From assembly GCF_963921235.1 (NCBI RefSeq), contig NC_086108.1, forward strand, positions 2,046,001 to 2,110,000: a DNA stretch of 64,000 nt, written 5' to 3'. Under the pieces are notes generated by a model. That model saw only the letters and a list, made by a program, of their open reading frames with translations, did not search any database and was not told the origin of the DNA. The translations under genes and the position numbers were made by a program. Of the stretch, positions 62,131 to 64,000 are shown one piece after another. The DNA comes from Mobula hypostoma (lineage: Eukaryota). Numbering within the stretch: the stretch's first letter is position 1; each line of letters starts with the position of its first letter.

Positions 62131-64000
62131 AACGGGTTGAGACGAGGGGAGTTGTTCATGGGTAGAGACGAGTGAGAGTTGTTCATGGGTAGAGACGAGG
62201 GGAGTTGTTCAAGTGTAGAGACGAGGGGAGTTGGTCACGGGTAGAGACGAGGGGAGTTGGTCACGGGTATAGACGAGGGGGAGTTGGTCATGGGTAGAGA
62301 CGAGGGGGAGTTGGTCATGGGTAGCGATGATGGAGAGTTGGTCACGGGTAGAGACGAGAAGAGTTGGTCATGGGTAGAGACGAAGGGAGTTGGTCACGGG
62401 TAGAGACGAGGGGGAGTTGGTCACGGGTAGAGACGAGGGGAGTTGGTCACGGGTAAAGATGAGAGGGAGTTGGTCACGGGTAGAGACGAGGGGAGTTGGT
62501 CACGGGTAGAGACGAGGGGAGTTGGTCATGGGTAGAGATGACGGAGAGTTGGTCATGGGTAGAGACGAAGGGAGTTGGTCATGGGTAGAGATGACGGAGA
62601 GTTGGTCACGGGTAGAGACGAGGGGCGTTGGTCACGGGTAGAGACGAGGGAGAGTTGGTCATTGGTAGAGACGAGGGGTGTTGGTCACGCGTAGAGACGA
62701 GGGGAGTTGGTCACGGGTAGATACGAGTGGAGTTGGTCACGGGTAGAGACGAGTGGAGTTGGTCACGGGTAGAGACGCGGGAGTGTTGGTCACGGGTAGA
62801 GACGAGTGGCATTCGTTACGCGTAGAGACGAGGGGAGTTGGTCACGGATAGAGACGAGGGGAGTTGTTCTCGGGTAGAGTCGAGGGGAGTTGTTCACGGG
62901 TAGAGACGAGGGGAGTTGTTAACGGGTAGAGACGAGGGGAGTTGGTCACGGGTAGAGATGAGGGGAGTTGGTCACGGGGAGAGACGACGGGGAGTTGGTC
63001 ACGGGGAGAGACGAGGGGAGTTGGTCACGGGTAGAGAGGAGGGGGAGTTGGTCACGGGTAGAGAGGAGGGGTGTTGGTCACGGGTAAAGAAGAGGGGTGT
63101 TGGTCACGGGTAGAGACGGGGGGAGTTGGTCACGTGTAGAGACGGGGGGAGTTGGTCACGGATAGAGACGGGGGGAGTTGGTCACGGATAGAGACGAGGG
63201 GTGTTGGTCACGGGTAGAGATGAGGAGAGTTGGTCACGGTTAGAGACGAAGGGAGTTGGTCACGGGTAGAGACGGGGGGAGTTGGTCACGGGTAGAGACG
63301 GGGGGGAGTTGGTCACGGGTAGAGACGAGGGGAGTTGGTCACGGGTAGAGAGGAGGGGTGTTGGTCACGGGTATAGAGGAGGGGTGTTGGTCACGGGTAG
63401 AGACGGGGGGAGTTGGTCACGGGTGGAGGCGGGGGGAGCTGGTCACAGGTAGAGACGGGGGGAGTTGGTCACGGATAGAGACTGGGGGTATTGGTCACGG
63501 GTAGAGACGAGGGAGAGTTGGTCACGGGTAGAGACGAGGGGAGTTGGTCACGGGCAGAGACGAGGGGAGCTGGTCACGGGTAGAGACGAGGGGAGCTGGT
63601 CACGGGTAGAGACGAGGGGAGTTGGTCACGGGTAGAGACGAGGGGAGTTGGTCACTGTTAGAGACGAGGGGAGTTGGTCACTGGTAGAGAAGACGGGGAG
63701 TTGGTCACTGGTAGAGACGAGGGGAGTTGGTCACGGGTAGAGACGAGGGGAGTTGGTCACGGGTAGAGACGAGGGGGAGTTGGTCAAGGGTAGAGACGAG
63801 GGGGAGTTGGTCACGGGTAGAGATGATGGAAAGTTGGTCACGGGTAGAGACGGGGAGAGTTGGTCATGGGTAGAGACGAAGGGAGTTTGTCACGGGTAGA
63901 GACGAGAGGGAGTTGGTCACGGGTAGAGACGAGGGGAGTTGGTCACGGGCAGAGACGAGGGGAGCTGGTCACGGGTAGAGACGAGGGGAGCTGGTCACGG
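62130..64000 (+). repeat. Sub-family A block (right end)
   Basis: Contains the A cassette at about 62620-62930 (marker variant TGGCATTCGTTACGCG at 62807), followed by GAGGAGGGGTGTT, CACGGATAG, GGGCAG and GAGCTGG variants. Confidence 0.75.

Larger units (their letters stand above)
1..64000 (+). repeat. Tandem satellite/minisatellite array, 26/27-bp monomer TTGGTCACGGGTAGAGACGAGGG(G|AG|GG)AG, about 2,400 copies, G-rich on the + strand, truncated by both window edges
   Basis: The monomer can be read continuously from base 1 to base 64000 in one orientation, and I found no intervening non-repeat sequence. The copy number is an estimate (64000 / about 26.4). Confidence 0.99.

Noticed and set aside
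2419..63113. All ORF-track entries (60-182 aa) as protein-coding genes
   Set aside because: They are translations of the repeat in alternating frames (VTGRDEGEL / SWSRVETRG / GVGHG; TNSPSSLPV). Most start at repeat-derived TTG or GTG codons, they overlap on both strands, and they show no domain, signal or unique sequence.
1..64000. CRISPR array (repeat length is in the CRISPR range)
   Set aside because: The monomers abut directly with no unique spacers. There is no leader, no cas gene and no palindromic repeat structure.
1..64000. Immunoglobulin switch region (G-rich strand, RGYW motifs AGTT/GGTA, occasional GGGGAGCTGG)
   Set aside because: GAGCT is only a minor variant, the array is far longer than known switch regions, and no I-exon or constant-region exons are present.
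1..64000. GGAG/GAGG as Shine-Dalgarno sites upstream of TTG/ATG starts
   Set aside because: These are simply part of the purine-rich monomer, and nothing indicates prokaryotic gene organisation.
1..64000. Telomerase-type long telomeric repeat (as in budding yeasts with units up to about 25-26 bp)
   Set aside because: Inherited multi-kb variant patterns and a length above 64 kb indicate recombination- or replication-driven amplification, not templated addition. A subtelomeric location or recombination-maintained chromosome end cannot be excluded from this window alone.
1..64000. Transcription-factor site array (TGGTCA nuclear-receptor-like half-site; CACGTG E-box in the B marker)
   Set aside because: These are short imperfect motifs expected by chance, with no associated gene or functional evidence.
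1..64000. Sequencing concatemer or rolling-circle artefact as the origin of the whole array
   Set aside because: The variants are hierarchically shared among distant blocks with exact whole-monomer offsets. Random read errors on a single template would not produce this. Individual near-identical duplications still need read validation.
1..64000. Excess G>T variants as an oxidative (8-oxoG) signature
   Set aside because: G makes up half of the + strand and the variants have been amplified by duplication. Without de-duplicated counts the excess cannot be supported.

Overview
The whole 64 kb window is one uninterrupted, head-to-tail, single-orientation tandem repeat array (satellite or very large minisatellite) that runs off both window edges. 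It holds roughly 2,400 monomers of 26-27 bp. The consensus is TTGGTCACGGGTAGAGACGAGGGGAG (26 bp; 13 G, 6 A, 4 T, 3 C), and the common 27-bp forms end in GAGGGAGAG or GAGGGGGAG. I see no unique-sequence insertion, inversion, real gene, RNA gene, transposon or CRISPR array. All ORF-track entries are by-products of translating the repeat. The informative structure is the order of variant monomers. It defines two sub-families: A at about 1-4.2 kb, 39.05-59.8 kb and 62.1-64 kb, and B at about 4.2-39 kb and 59.8-62.1 kb. It also shows a 10-monomer (261 bp) indel separating the B form from the A form, and many nested kb-scale duplications with different periods (895-4892 bp). Abundant CpG>TpG variants suggest a methylated eukaryotic locus. 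I cannot identify the organism or repeat family, and I find no support for a novel protein-coding system.
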